The notes under the pieces were generated by a model, which saw only the letters and a program-made list of their open reading frames with translations, was not told the DNA's origin and did not search any database. Below are positions 36,701 to 48,289 of a stretch of 64,000 nucleotides of DNA, piece by piece (the stretch's first letter is position 1; the number at the start of each line of letters is the position of its first letter). Origin of the DNA: Macrostomum lignano (Eukaryota); assembly GCA_002269645.1 (NCBI GenBank), contig NIVC01000700.1, positions 62,001 through 126,000 of the forward strand, written 5' to 3'. A program made the translations under genes and the position numbers.

Positions 36701-39264
36701 TGCGCTTAGCGCTATTGCCTAGCCGCTCTAGCCGGCGGGTCCACTGCCGCTGCAGCTGGTCGTAGTTCTCCCGCAGGTGCCGCTCCCTGTGCGCGTTGGC
36801 CAGCACCAGCCGGCGAATGTGGTGAATTAGTCGGGGCTTGAACTCCTGGTGGCGCAGCTCCTGATCGCGAATCGCCGGCACGTCGGACGGTTGATTGTAG
36901 AGCGGCAGCACTCGGAAGAAACTGTCCGGGCCGCCACGGTCTGGCCGATCTAGCAGGCCGCGGCCGGCAGTCTCGGCAATCTGACGATGACTGTCGCGAG
37001 CTTTGCGACGATTGTCGGCCAGCACGGCGGCGAAGGGGTTCACCAGGCGCTGGGCCAGCTCTTCCTCTTCGCGACGGCGGCCTTCCTCGGTTTCGCCTTG
37101 GCGCGCCTTTAACTGCAGCTTCTCCAGCTCGGAAGTCTTGGCTGCCAGCTGATCAACTGTGCTTTTTATCTCCGATTCGATGTTGATCAGCTTCTGTCCG
37201 ACATCGTTCTTTTCTTTTTGCAGCTTTTGCTCGTTGCGGGCGTCCTCGGGAGCGGGGCTGATTGCCTCCACCTGCGATAGTGCGATTGTGGGTAGTGCAA
37301 TTGAAAATTATTCTCTGAACTCATCACTAGCGTCCGCTGGAAACCATAGCGAAGACGCTTGGCTTGCTTCTAAATATTTGAGTTCATTTTGAAAATTTTT
37401 TAGAACCATCTTTAGAATTCCTCAGCAACAACCATTTTCGTTTTCTTTTAAAAGCGTTTTGAAAATTCCGTTTTTAAACACCTTGAAGAAACCAGCTCAA
37501 TGATTCCACAGAAACCATCTCAATGATTCCACAGAAACCATCTCAATGATTCCACAGAAACCATCTCAATGATTCCACAGAAACCATCTCAATGATTCCA
37601 CAGAAACCATCTCAATGATTCCACAGAAACCATCTCAATGATCCCACAGAAACCATCTCAATGATTCCACAGAAACCATCTCAATGATTCCACAGAAACC
37701 ATCTCAATGATTCCACAGAAACCATCTCAATGATTCCACAGAAACCATCTCAATGATCCCACAGAAACCATCTCAATGATTCCACAGAAACCATCTCAAT
37801 GATTCCACAGAAACCATCTCAATGATTCCACAGAAACCATCTCAATAATTCTGCAGAAACCATCTCAATGATTCCACAGAAACCATCTCAATGATTCCAC
37901 AGAAACCATCTCAATGATTCCACAGAAACCATCTCAATGATCCCACAGAAACCATCTCAATGATCCCACAGAAACCATCTCAATGATTCCACAGAAACCA
38001 TCTCAATGATTCCACAGAAACCATCTCAATGATTCCACAGAAACCATCTCAATAATTCTGCAGAAACGATCTCAATGATCCCACAGAAACCATCTCAATG
38101 ATCCCACAGAAACCATCTCAATGATTCCACAGAAACCATCTCAATGATTCCACAGAAACCATCTCAATGATTCCACAGAAACCATCTCAATGATTCCACA
38201 GAAACCATCTCAATGATTCCACAGAAACCATCTCAATGATTCCACAGAAACCATCTCAATGATTCCACAGAAACCATCTCAATGATTCCACAGAAACCAT
38301 CTCAATGATTCCACAGAAACCATCTCAATGATTCCACAGAAACCATCTCAATGATTCCACAGAAACCATCTCAATGATTCCACAGAAACCATCTCAATGA
38401 TTCCACAGAAACCATCTCAATGATTCCACAGAAACCATCTCAATGATTCCACAGAAACCATCTCAATGATTCCACAGAAACCATCTCAATGATTCCACAG
38501 AAACCATCTCAATGATTCCACAGAAACCATCTCAATGATTCCACAGAAACCATCCCAATGATCCCACAGAAACCATCTCAATGATTCCACAGAAACCATC
38601 TCAATGATTCCACAGAAACCATTTCAATGATTCCACAGAAACCATCTCAATGATTCCACAGAAACCATTTCAATGATTCTGCAGAAACCAAATCTTAGAT
38701 TTAGCAGACACTTCTAATATTTTTATTGATATAGGCTGAGGATATACGCACCTGAGGATGATACAGCTCGCCCTTCTGCCTGCCCGCCCCAGGCGGATCG
38801 TGTCGCTGTTGAATGAGCTGAATACGCGGCTTGTCAGACTGCCGCCTGTCCATGGCGTACCGATAGGGGTCGGGGACCCGGTCCTTCTTGGGCGTGTCGG
38901 GCGTTATCATAGTGGTGGCGTAGCCGGGCACAGTTCCGCTTGTTGATGAAGCGGCAGCCGCGCCCATCGCAGCCGGATGATGGTGGTGATGATGCTGCTG
39001 CTGAGCAGGCGGACCTTTCACATGCAGTGTTGAAGGTCTAGCTCCAGATGGTAGTGGCTGCGACGGAGGCGGCGGCGGAGGATGATGCTGCTGTTGAGGC
39101 GGCGGCGGCGGATGATGATGATGCGCTGCAGATGCGGACACCCCGTGTAAAGCGGCGACAGCGCCCGCAGTGGTGACAACGGGTGGAGCGGCACCGCCGG
39201 CAGCGCCAGCCGCTTCTGGATGATGCTGCGAATGGTGCATCACCTTGCTGTTCTCAGTGCCCAT
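33721..39264 (-). CDS. NCOR: Nuclear receptor co-repressor NCoR/SMRT homolog (about 1354 aa after correcting a 1-nt frameshift at about 36655)
   Basis: Exons 39264-38752 and 37271-33721. Motifs YHPQ|VEAISP, LPLYNQPSD, the SANT/DAD region WLPHERATFKEKFLLYGKNFGAIAAFLENKSVPDCVQFYYLTKK, and CoRNR-like TAATLIDVIIQNQI and FGDHIDKIISDDF. The exon sum (4064 nt) is one base short of in-frame. Confidence 0.88.
37492..38690. repeat. 23-bp minisatellite (CCATCTCAATGATTCCACAGAAA), about 50 copies, intronic
   Basis: Fills the NCoR intron. Confidence 0.97.
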
Positions 39265-40101
39265 GGCTATAAATATGCTGCGCTATTGCTGCTTGCTGCC
39301 GCTGCTTGATTGGCCAATGGGTCTGGCGGGAAAAGCGACAAGCTGAAATTGGTGAATAGAAATTCAACAATAATATTTACAAACAGTTCTTGCCAACCAG
39401 CTATCATTATAAAGTTGTATATCGTTATTTCATTATAAATAATATATTTAGAGCATGAAAATACAACATTTAGTATAGCACATATAATAGGTAAAGCAAT
39501 ACAATATATAAATACATTGTAGGACTACTATGTATGCATAGTGTACTTTGCACTTTGGGACAAAATCTTAATATCCCTATTGTACAACTATACAGTTTCT
39601 ACAAATATTTGGCTATGTCCGATAGGCCCAGACCTTTTAGCTAGCTAAAAGTCTACCCTATTTATTTATATTGTTATTTATGCCTTCATATATGAGCTAT
39701 AAGCCCATAATCCATAACGCTCTTGACTTTTCAAACTCTAACTTTTTAGTCTTTTATTCCTTCTAAGCCTTTTCTCAAATTGTAACATATTTTGCCCAAG
39801 TGTTACATCTCTAATACCTATAGATAGGATGATTCCTATGAAGAAGATAGAATTAAATAAGTAATAATTTTTTGTTCGACTATATAATTAAAAGTTTAAA
39901 AATGAATTTTAACAACTATATTAATATTGTTGAATAAAAACATACCTACAGTCAATAAATACCAAATATACAATTAGTTTGCATATTCATATAATAAATA
40001 TATAATAGATGGTCATATAAATTAGATTTTTTAACGAAATGGTTAAAATTAAGTGATTACTTACTATTTATTCAAGGCTTATATGATTTCTATAAAGTAA
40101 G

Positions 40102-40385
40102 CATACATGCGCAACCTCCAAAATTCGGTCGGCCATGCGACTTAGTTTTAACAAAAATGCGACGTAGTTTTTGGCCAAAAATGTGACTTACATGTAATAA
40201 AAACTGTAAAGCAAAATTAACGCAACTTTGGGTAAACGGCAGGAGTAACTATGACTGTCTTATTAGGGCAAAATGCCTCGTAAGACTACTTAGGTTTTTT
40301 GGGTGGGCATTTTTGCGACTTCCTTGATTGGCTGCCAAATCGGTCGGCCGGATCGGCCGACTCGGCCGACTGTTGCGCATGTATG
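40102..40385. mobile_element. 284-bp non-autonomous DNA transposon (14-bp TIR, 8-bp TSD) carrying a 28S rDNA-like segment
   Basis: TIR CATACATGCGCAAC / GTTGCGCATGTATG. TSD AAAGTAAG at 40094-40101 and 40386-40393. The 28S-like tract is at 40230-40281. Confidence 0.93.
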
Positions 40386-43300
40386 AAAGTAAGTAAAGAG
40401 AATTTAGGGAGGGAAATTAAAGATAAGACAACAAGTGGAATATCTTGAGGAAAGAAAGGGGTGCTTGAGCAGTTTCAAGCACTTTGTGCTCAGATTTGAG
40501 GCTTTAGGAAAGTGGAACATCAACAACTAAGTGGCATTTGGTCTAGGTCTATTTGATTAAACAAGAAAGAAAGATTTGCAAGCCTATTAATTCAGGGCTG
40601 CTAAAACAAATATAGCTGATATTAAATACAATATGCTCACAACAAGGAATATAGCAAGATATTTTTAAAAGTTTAAACGTTACAGTTAATGGCTCCACTA
40701 AAGAACTCACATATATGGCAATTAGTCTATATTTATAATTGCTTTGATAACAATTTATTTTGAATAAATTTATTTAACTATTAATTAGCACTACTGCCAA
40801 ATGACTGATAAGTAGTGAAATAAGAATATTACTGACTGAGGATTCAAGTCATTAGGCAAGATTAGGATTAGGAATAGTTCCTTTTTGGATTTAGGATTGG
40901 GATTAGAATTTGGGAATTGGGATCAAGTCTTTTATTTTTTCGTATACTTAGTTTATAGGTTGATATAGATAGTTTATAGGCTATTATTATAGGTAGTTTA
41001 TAGATAGTTTATAGAGTTGAACAAAGTTGAACAAACTTTATCAAGATCAATAGGTAAAATATAACAGAATAGATACAAAGTTTTGTAACTGATGAAGTAA
41101 CAATATAACAAGTATATGTTAAAACAAAATATAGTTAAATAATTATTAATTCTATATTTTGAATTAAAAACATATTTCTAATTTTGATTTTTAGAATGAG
41201 CTGCACCTAAAACTTGCTGTGTAATTTGCATTTTGTTCTATGTAGCCTATAAGAGTTTACATTCCCATGCGCATGTTCTTTAATGTTTCAAATAAAAAGG
41301 AGAGACAGTGGAGGCACTTGCTTTACTTTTCTCTCGCCTGCATCTGCAGGCCCAAAGGCATGGCCATTGCCTTGGCTGGGCTGTAGACCATAGCAGCCTG
41401 GGCCTAGAAAAACCATGCTTTGAGTTCAATTCTTTGTTATCCAATGTTGAGCAGAAGGTGCAGTCAGGATACAAAATCCTACCTGTTACATTTAGAGATA
41501 AGATCCTAATCCCATAGGAATGCAATTTTCTTTGGGATCCTAAGACTAGTATTTGGATCAAGATCCCATTTTGACCTCTACTTATTATTATACTTGTCAA
41601 ACTATAGCTAAGGTTAATGTTTTTGCTTTTAATACTAAAAAAGTCTAAAAAAGTCTGGTTTTAAAGATTCAAGCAAAAAAGCAATATATACACTGTGGCA
41701 AAATATAGTTAGACATTAGGAGATAGCAAGTCAATTTGCCAAAAGTTGATTTGCTAAAAGCAAGTTCTTTTACCAAAAAATATCTATCTTGCAATGATTT
41801 ATACTATATATATACATTTGCATATTTCATTGAAATTATCTTTTAATATAGTTTTGTCTATCTGTAGTCACAAATGGCCATTGTTACATATTAAAATTAT
41901 TTTTCCTTATATGCAAAAAAGCAACATTAACAAAAAGAAGTGATCTGAAATTGATAATGCAATTTAAAGAGTTTTTGAAAAGCAAAGCAATTAATTGAAT
42001 TGAAAAGAATTGCATAAATTAGGATTTTAATATACTGCTTAATACTCTATACAAGGGCCATCCCAAAATTTTAAGCAATTATGTTCTGTAGTTTGGACTA
42101 ATATCACAATAAGATGATTTTTTACAGGGATTTATAATATGATGCAATGCATATAATGGTTTGTTCCTAGCACTTTGGCAACTTCTGAATGCTGTTTGTA
42201 GTACCCAAATCACCCCAGTGTTTTAGAAGTTGGCCAACCTTATTAAAGAGCTTATTTAGGCATTGATACTGGCAACCTCAAGTCCTTTATAAAAAAAATT
42301 GTTAGATGATAGATAAAGGAATTTCACTAAGTTTTGCCACTCTTAAACCAATTTTATTGCTTGCATATAGCATGTTGACATAGTGCATCCTTTTCATATA
42401 CACTATAAGTTGCTAATGGACTTGTATAGGGCCTAGCTAATATTCCTTGCAGCCATTCAGTTTTGATATAACATTGCTACTTGTTCTATGGGTCATATTT
42501 CCCCTTGCAATATTGGCCATGGCCAAGGAGGGAAAACAATAGTGACAAGAATTGCAATAGGCCCCTAGTAACAATATAAGAAAAATGCAAATATTTCAAA
42601 TATATAGGAAATTTTATAGGTATAGATTATTGCTAGCCACAGCCCACGGGGCCACTGTGATAATAATTGTAGCTAGGCCTATTAAAGTGATTGTGATTTC
42701 TATGGTAGAAATCAATCAATTGCAAAAACTTTTGAAATACCCTTTGTTCCATTGATACTAAATATTATTATTTGAATTGACTTTAAGATTTAGCTAAAAA
42801 AGGTTTTTAGCTAATTGAGTTTTAAAATTTAGTAAATCATAAATTGAATAAATCAACTTTTGCCAAAATGGTTTTGACACATACATGCGCAACTTCTGAA
42901 ATTACGCTGGCCGTGCGACTTAGTTTTCGATAAAAAATGCGACTTACCTATGAAAGAGCCAAGCAAAAACTTTAGGTAAACGGCAGGAGTAACTATGACC
43001 ATATTTTTAAAGCTAAATGCCTCGCCAGCTAATTAGTGCTGCGTGCAGATTTCGCGTTTTTATAACAGCTAATCAGTATGTCATCTAGTGGCGGCATGAA
43101 GCAATTAGTAAATTGTCAGTACAGTGTAGTGAGCATACTACAAAAGTCATGATTCATGAATGTCCAGAAGTAAGTGAAGTGAATACAGTGTGACCTATAG
43201 CTCAAGAACGATTTGCTAGACGATTTGGCATGGAAGATGAGAGCCCTGATTCAGATGGCTCATCAGATGCAGAATACGAATCCAGTAGAGATACAAGCTG

Positions 43301-43903
43301 TGAAAACCCACAGATTTTTAAACCACTGAATTCTAATTCCCGGAACTATTTTTGCATAGATTCTAAATTTGAAGTCATGCTCAAACAAAAACTTGTTAAC
43401 AGTTAGGAAAAAGGCAAAGATGGGAGTAATGCATGTTAAACTAAGATTTGAGGCCTTTGCAAATTCTCTCCATTCCTCAATCTTCTCATCCTCTTTTTCT
43501 TTTCTCTCTCATCCCTTATCCCTTCTCTCTTTCCTCTCCTCTCTCCTCTCTTTCCTCTCCTCTCCTATCTCTTCTGTCTCCTCTCTACATTCTTATCTCT
43601 CCTCTCGTCTCTCTCCATTCCACTCTACTCTCTCATCTTATCTTCCCTCTCGTCTCTCTCCACTCTACTCTCTCATCTTATCTCTCCTCTCTTCTCTACT
43701 CTCTCATCTCTCCTCTCTTCACTCTCCTCTCATCTCCTCTTTATCCTCTCTTCTCTCATCTACTCTCTCCTCTTTCCTCTTTTCTCTCTTCTGATCTCAT
43801 CCATCATCTTTTCTTTCCTCTTTCCTCTAATCTCCTCTTCTCTCTCATCTCTTTTTCCTCCCTCAGCTTTCCTCTCCTCTTCTATCTTTTCTCCCATCGC
43901 AAC

Positions 43904-44972
43904 CCCGTTGGAAAAGTTATGCACCTGCAGAGGCACAAAAGGTGAGCGAGGTGCACAAAAGAGGCACTTTGGTGGCCTATTTCGTGTGTGTTTTGGAAAT
44001 GCACCTGAGTGCACCTTTTATGCCTAAATGTCACCAATATTTTTGAAAAGAGGCATGAAAGGTGTAAAATCGGTGAAGTGGTCAGGCAGTAGGTGAATTC
44101 TCAATTTTGATTGGCTGCGGCGGTAGGGGCAGTAAAGGTGCTGAAGGGGCGCAGAAAGTGCACAAAAGGTGAATTAGAGGTGCATAAGGTGTACATGTTG
44201 CAGCGTAAATATGTATACAGGTGCATTTCCAAAACACGCTCGAAATAGACCCCAAAGTGCCTCTTCTGTGCACCTCGCTCACCTTTCATGCCTATGCACG
44301 AATTAACGCATTAATAATCAGTAACAAAAAATTAACTGAGAGTTACATACTCGTACATTGCACGCACAGATCGAACATAGAAAAGCTTTATTTACACCTA
44401 TACTAATTGCTGCTATCCCCTTCCTGATCCTGACTAACCACAAAAGTAAGCATTTCCTGTACTGATAAGTTTTAATAACTTTCAAATACTCAGGAAAAGT
44501 TCCGAAAAGTGATGAAAAGCTTTGAATCTGTTTAAAGAATAATAAGAAAAAGTAGCAAAGAACTTTCGCAAGTTGGAACGCCCCTTGCATTGCCTCTACA
44601 CCTAAAGTGCCCACTGTGCACCGTTTGTTCACCTTTTGTGCCTCCAATGCACACTGTACACTTTTTATGCACCTCCACCACAGCGCACCTTTTTCACCTT
44701 TCACTCCACCAATGCCCCCAATTCCTACTTTGTTCACCTTTTGTGCCTCCAATGCACACTGTGCACCTTTAATACACCAAACTCCCCTATGACACCTGTG
44801 CCCCTACCACCTATTTCGTGCCTTATATTCACCTTCTGACCCTGCAGAGGCACTCAAGTGAACACGCGGTGCACAAGTGGCACAAAATAGGCATAAAAGA
44901 GGCGAAAGTGAGGCAGACGGTGTAAAACTCTTCACCTTTCATGCCTACTTTAAAAACTCAAAATTCAACGGG
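43904..44972. mobile_element. Nested non-autonomous element, CACTA/CMC-like (CCCGTTG termini, 3-bp TSD AAC)
   Basis: CCCGTTG...CAACGGG flanked by AAC on both sides, interrupting a CT-rich tract. Contains many short GCACC/AAAGGTG/GAGGCA repeats and a roughly 70-bp internal inverted repeat (43937-44007 vs 44219-44287). Confidence 0.6.
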
Positions 44973-45239
44973 AACGCTCGCCTCTCCTCTGTTTGCTTAT
45001 CTCTAATCTTCTATTCCCTCTACTTTGAAGTAAGAAAATATGCACATATTTTTGCTGAAGATAAGAGGAGAGAAGAGGGCATTGAGGAGAAAGGGTAGAG
45101 AAAGGGGGAGAAGAGAGGAGAGTAAAAATGAGAGGAGAGAGAAGAGGGAAAAGGGGGGAGAGAGAGAAGAGGGGAGGCAAGGTAGAGAAGAAGAGAGAGA
45201 TGAGAGTTAAAGAGACACCAACCTTGCTAGTTAGGAAGT

Positions 45240-45305
45240 TTCAAAGAACCCGAGGGGCGAGGGCCAGATAGAGGGGCTTCGCGAGCCGGAGTTTGCCGAC
45301 CCCTG
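45240..45305. mobile_element. Orphan hAT (Charlie-like) terminus
   Basis: GGGCCAGATAGAGGGGCTTCGCGAGCCGGAGTTTGCCGACCCCTG followed by the 8-mer CTCCAGAG. No matching left end found. Confidence 0.45.
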
Positions 45306-45483
45306 CTCCAGAGTTTAAGAAATCAATGGGAAACTGTTGACGCGGGCTTCTGATTTCAAAGATCTTGTCTGTGGTTGAAGGCTTCTATTCTGTTTTTGCT
45401 CTCCTGCCACACTTGCACCTACTACCCCCTGATTGCCTCTGATTGTGACTTACTTCCCTCTTATTGCGACTTAGTTGCTTCTT

Positions 45484-46040
45484 TTTGCGACTTACCTAAT
45501 CCTTTTTGCGACTTACCTAATCCTTTTGCGACTTACCTAATCCTTTTTGCAACTTACCTAATCCTTTTGCGACTTACCTAATCCTTTTTGCGACTTACCT
45601 AATCCTTTTTGCGACTTACCTAATCCTTTTTGCGACTTACCTAATCCTTTTTGCAACTTACCTAATCCTTTTGCGACTTACCTAATCCTTTTTGCGACTT
45701 ACCTAATCCTTTTTGCGACTTACCTAATCCTTTTGCGACTTACCTAATCCTTTTTGCGACTTACCTAATCCTTTTTGCAACTTACTTAATCCTTTTTGCA
45801 ACTTACCTAACCCTTTTGCGACTTACCTAATCCTTTTTGCGACTTACCTAACCCTTTTGCGACTTACCTGATCCTTTTTGCGACTTACCTAATCCTTTTT
45901 GCGACTTACCTGATCCTTTTTGCGACTTACCTGATCCTTTTTTCGACTTACCTGATCCTTTTTGCGACTTACCTGATCCTTTTTGCGACTTAGTTTGCTT
46001 CTTTTGCGACTTACCTAATCCTTTTTGCGACTTACCTGAT
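45484..46040. repeat. 20/21-bp minisatellite (GCGACTTACCTAATCCTTTTT) inside the transposon
   Basis: About 26 units. The core GCGACTTA also occurs singly in the element's subterminal regions. Confidence 0.95.
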
Positions 46041-48289
46041 TATTTTTACAACTTAGCTTGCTTCTTTTGCGAATTGTTTTTCTTTTGCTTCACCATTTTC
46101 CCTGAACTGCTCTTTCTTTCGCTTTCCTCTTGCCTTTCTTGGTTCTTGTGTTTTTCTGTTTTTGGTTGACTCAATTTTGCGACTTACCCCTGGTCAGCCA
46201 CGATTTACGGTGGCCGGATCGGCCAGGTCGGCCAGCAGTTGCGCATGTATGTTTTGACAAATCATCTAATATTCAAGTTAGGGGCCTAAGGCAATAAAGG
46301 CTAGGCTATAATTAAAATGAATGTTATTCAATAACATTAGGGCCTATTCAATGCAAGGAAAACTCTTAAAGTCCCTAGGTAAGGTTAATGACTCAAACAA
46401 TAGATTTCTATGCAATATGGCATATTCATATCATTATATAGTTAAAATAGCAAGTCTAGAGACTATAGTCAAAGTAAGTAGTAATCCTTTCCTAGTAACT
46501 TTTTATATAATTAAAATTAATTGGGCCTAAAATAACTTAATAAGTCATAAATGATAAGTTAGGCCCTAAACTATTGTTTTTTAACTTTTATTTAATGAAC
46601 TACTGGCCATAAGTATAGGATAGGCGGCATAGGCCTAGGCCTATTAATACTAATAATATAGTTGTTAGGCCTAAAAAGTAGGCTTAGGCCCATTGAAAGT
46701 TATGGGAAATATATAGACCAGCATTGCAAATGTCTAAAGCTTAGGCCTAATACTAAGCCTAACCCTAAGCCTATTAGGCCTAAGGTCTAAGGAGAGGATA
46801 AGGTATTTTGTTTTGACGAACCAGCTTCTTATTTATATACATAGAATACAGGCATATAAGCCTAGCATAGCATAGGACTATAAACTTGTAGTTGTAGGAC
46901 CTATATTATTAGTAGGCCCCCTATTAGACTCTTAGAGGGCCTAGAGTAGACTAGAGCCTATCTAAAATCATAAAATTAAGTGGTAAGCTTAAAAAGCGAG
47001 GCAGTACCTCAGAGCATCCAAATGCTTTGGCTCAGAACCTCAGGTGACGCTAATGCATAGAAAATAAAAGAAATAGGCCATACGCCCATAGTACCTAAAT
47101 GTATTAATATTATTATGAGTAGGGCCTAGCCTAACGTCATAAATTCTACAAAGCGTTAATCATGTCTACACATTTTTGTGCAGGCTTTAGAGGCACTAAA
47201 GGCGATTCCATTTCAAACAAATATTTTGTGAATGATTTTTTATTTTAACGATAAAATAAAGCTTACAACAAAATATAACTTTTTATAGTTTTTATTTTGC
47301 AGAGACTTTGAAGGCTTTATTTTTGTGCAACAAAATCTACGTGATAAAAATTCAATTTTTTTGCACTACTAGCAAGTTTATACTAGTAACATGGAAGAAT
47401 AGAGTGATTTTAAACTAGGAATATGGCTTCCATTTTCTATGCGGGAGTCTAGTTAAATTCGGAGTGACCTGCAGCCCTCACAAAGTCGTTTCTGACCCTT
47501 TTTTGGCCTTTTTAAAACATTTTATGTGGTTTTAGCTGACTCCCTAACCTGAATATTTAGGCATTGGTAGGCTAAGATAAAAACTGCTAAATCCTAGAAA
47601 TTAGCAGCTAGTCTAGCTAAGCAACTCAAACAATAGCAAATTTGTATGAGAATGAGGCTATGATAAGCTCCCTAGGTCTCCATGAAGCTTTTATTGGCTA
47701 ATTCCCCATGTTAAAATATTTTTCTTATTTATTTCCCCTTGGTTTTCTGACCTTATGCTTGTGAATCAAGCTTTAAAACTTACTGATATTAAGAGAAGTG
47801 AATATAATGCATGAACTGATTTTCAAAACAAAACAGTTTTATACTAGAATTTTTTGTAATATTTTAACATCTTAAAGTAGTATTAAAGTTTTTAATCATG
47901 GATTATTAAATTATTGTTTGCAAATGTTTTTTTATAATAAGCAATTATTGTAATATACTCCAAGAAATTTGAAAAGAAACTTTTGTTTAAAACTTTTTTG
48001 CTACAAATAGCTATTGCTATCAATATATATTTCTTTTAAATAATATATTTAGGTAGGCCTATAGATTGTATTTAATCAATCTAAGAACTCCTAGATTAGA
48101 TTGAGATTATTTCTTCTGAGAATCCATTCAATATAAACTCTATCCCATGGTTCAAATTAGTTTATGATCATATTAATTTTGGTCTTATAGCCAACAATTA
48201 CTTTTACCCAACCTAATTGAAGTGTTATTGTGCAATTCATACCCATGAAAGCAAACCCCAAAAATTTAATCAAGATCTTCAGATTGGAC

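Larger units (their letters stand above)
42880..46251. mobile_element. 3.4-kb DNA transposon of the same family, with nested insertions
   Basis: Same perfect 14-bp TIRs. TSD TTTTGACA at 42872-42879 and 46252-46259. The 28S-like tract is at 42975-43038. No intact transposase ORF. Confidence 0.93.

Noticed and set aside
40230-40281. 28S rRNA gene
   Set aside because: Only 52-64 nt of similarity, inside a transposon, with helix 69 pairing broken. Treated as a captured fragment, not an rRNA gene.
40855-40925. Interstitial telomere-like repeats (TTAGGA/TTGGGA)
   Set aside because: Too short and degenerate, with no TTAGGG run.
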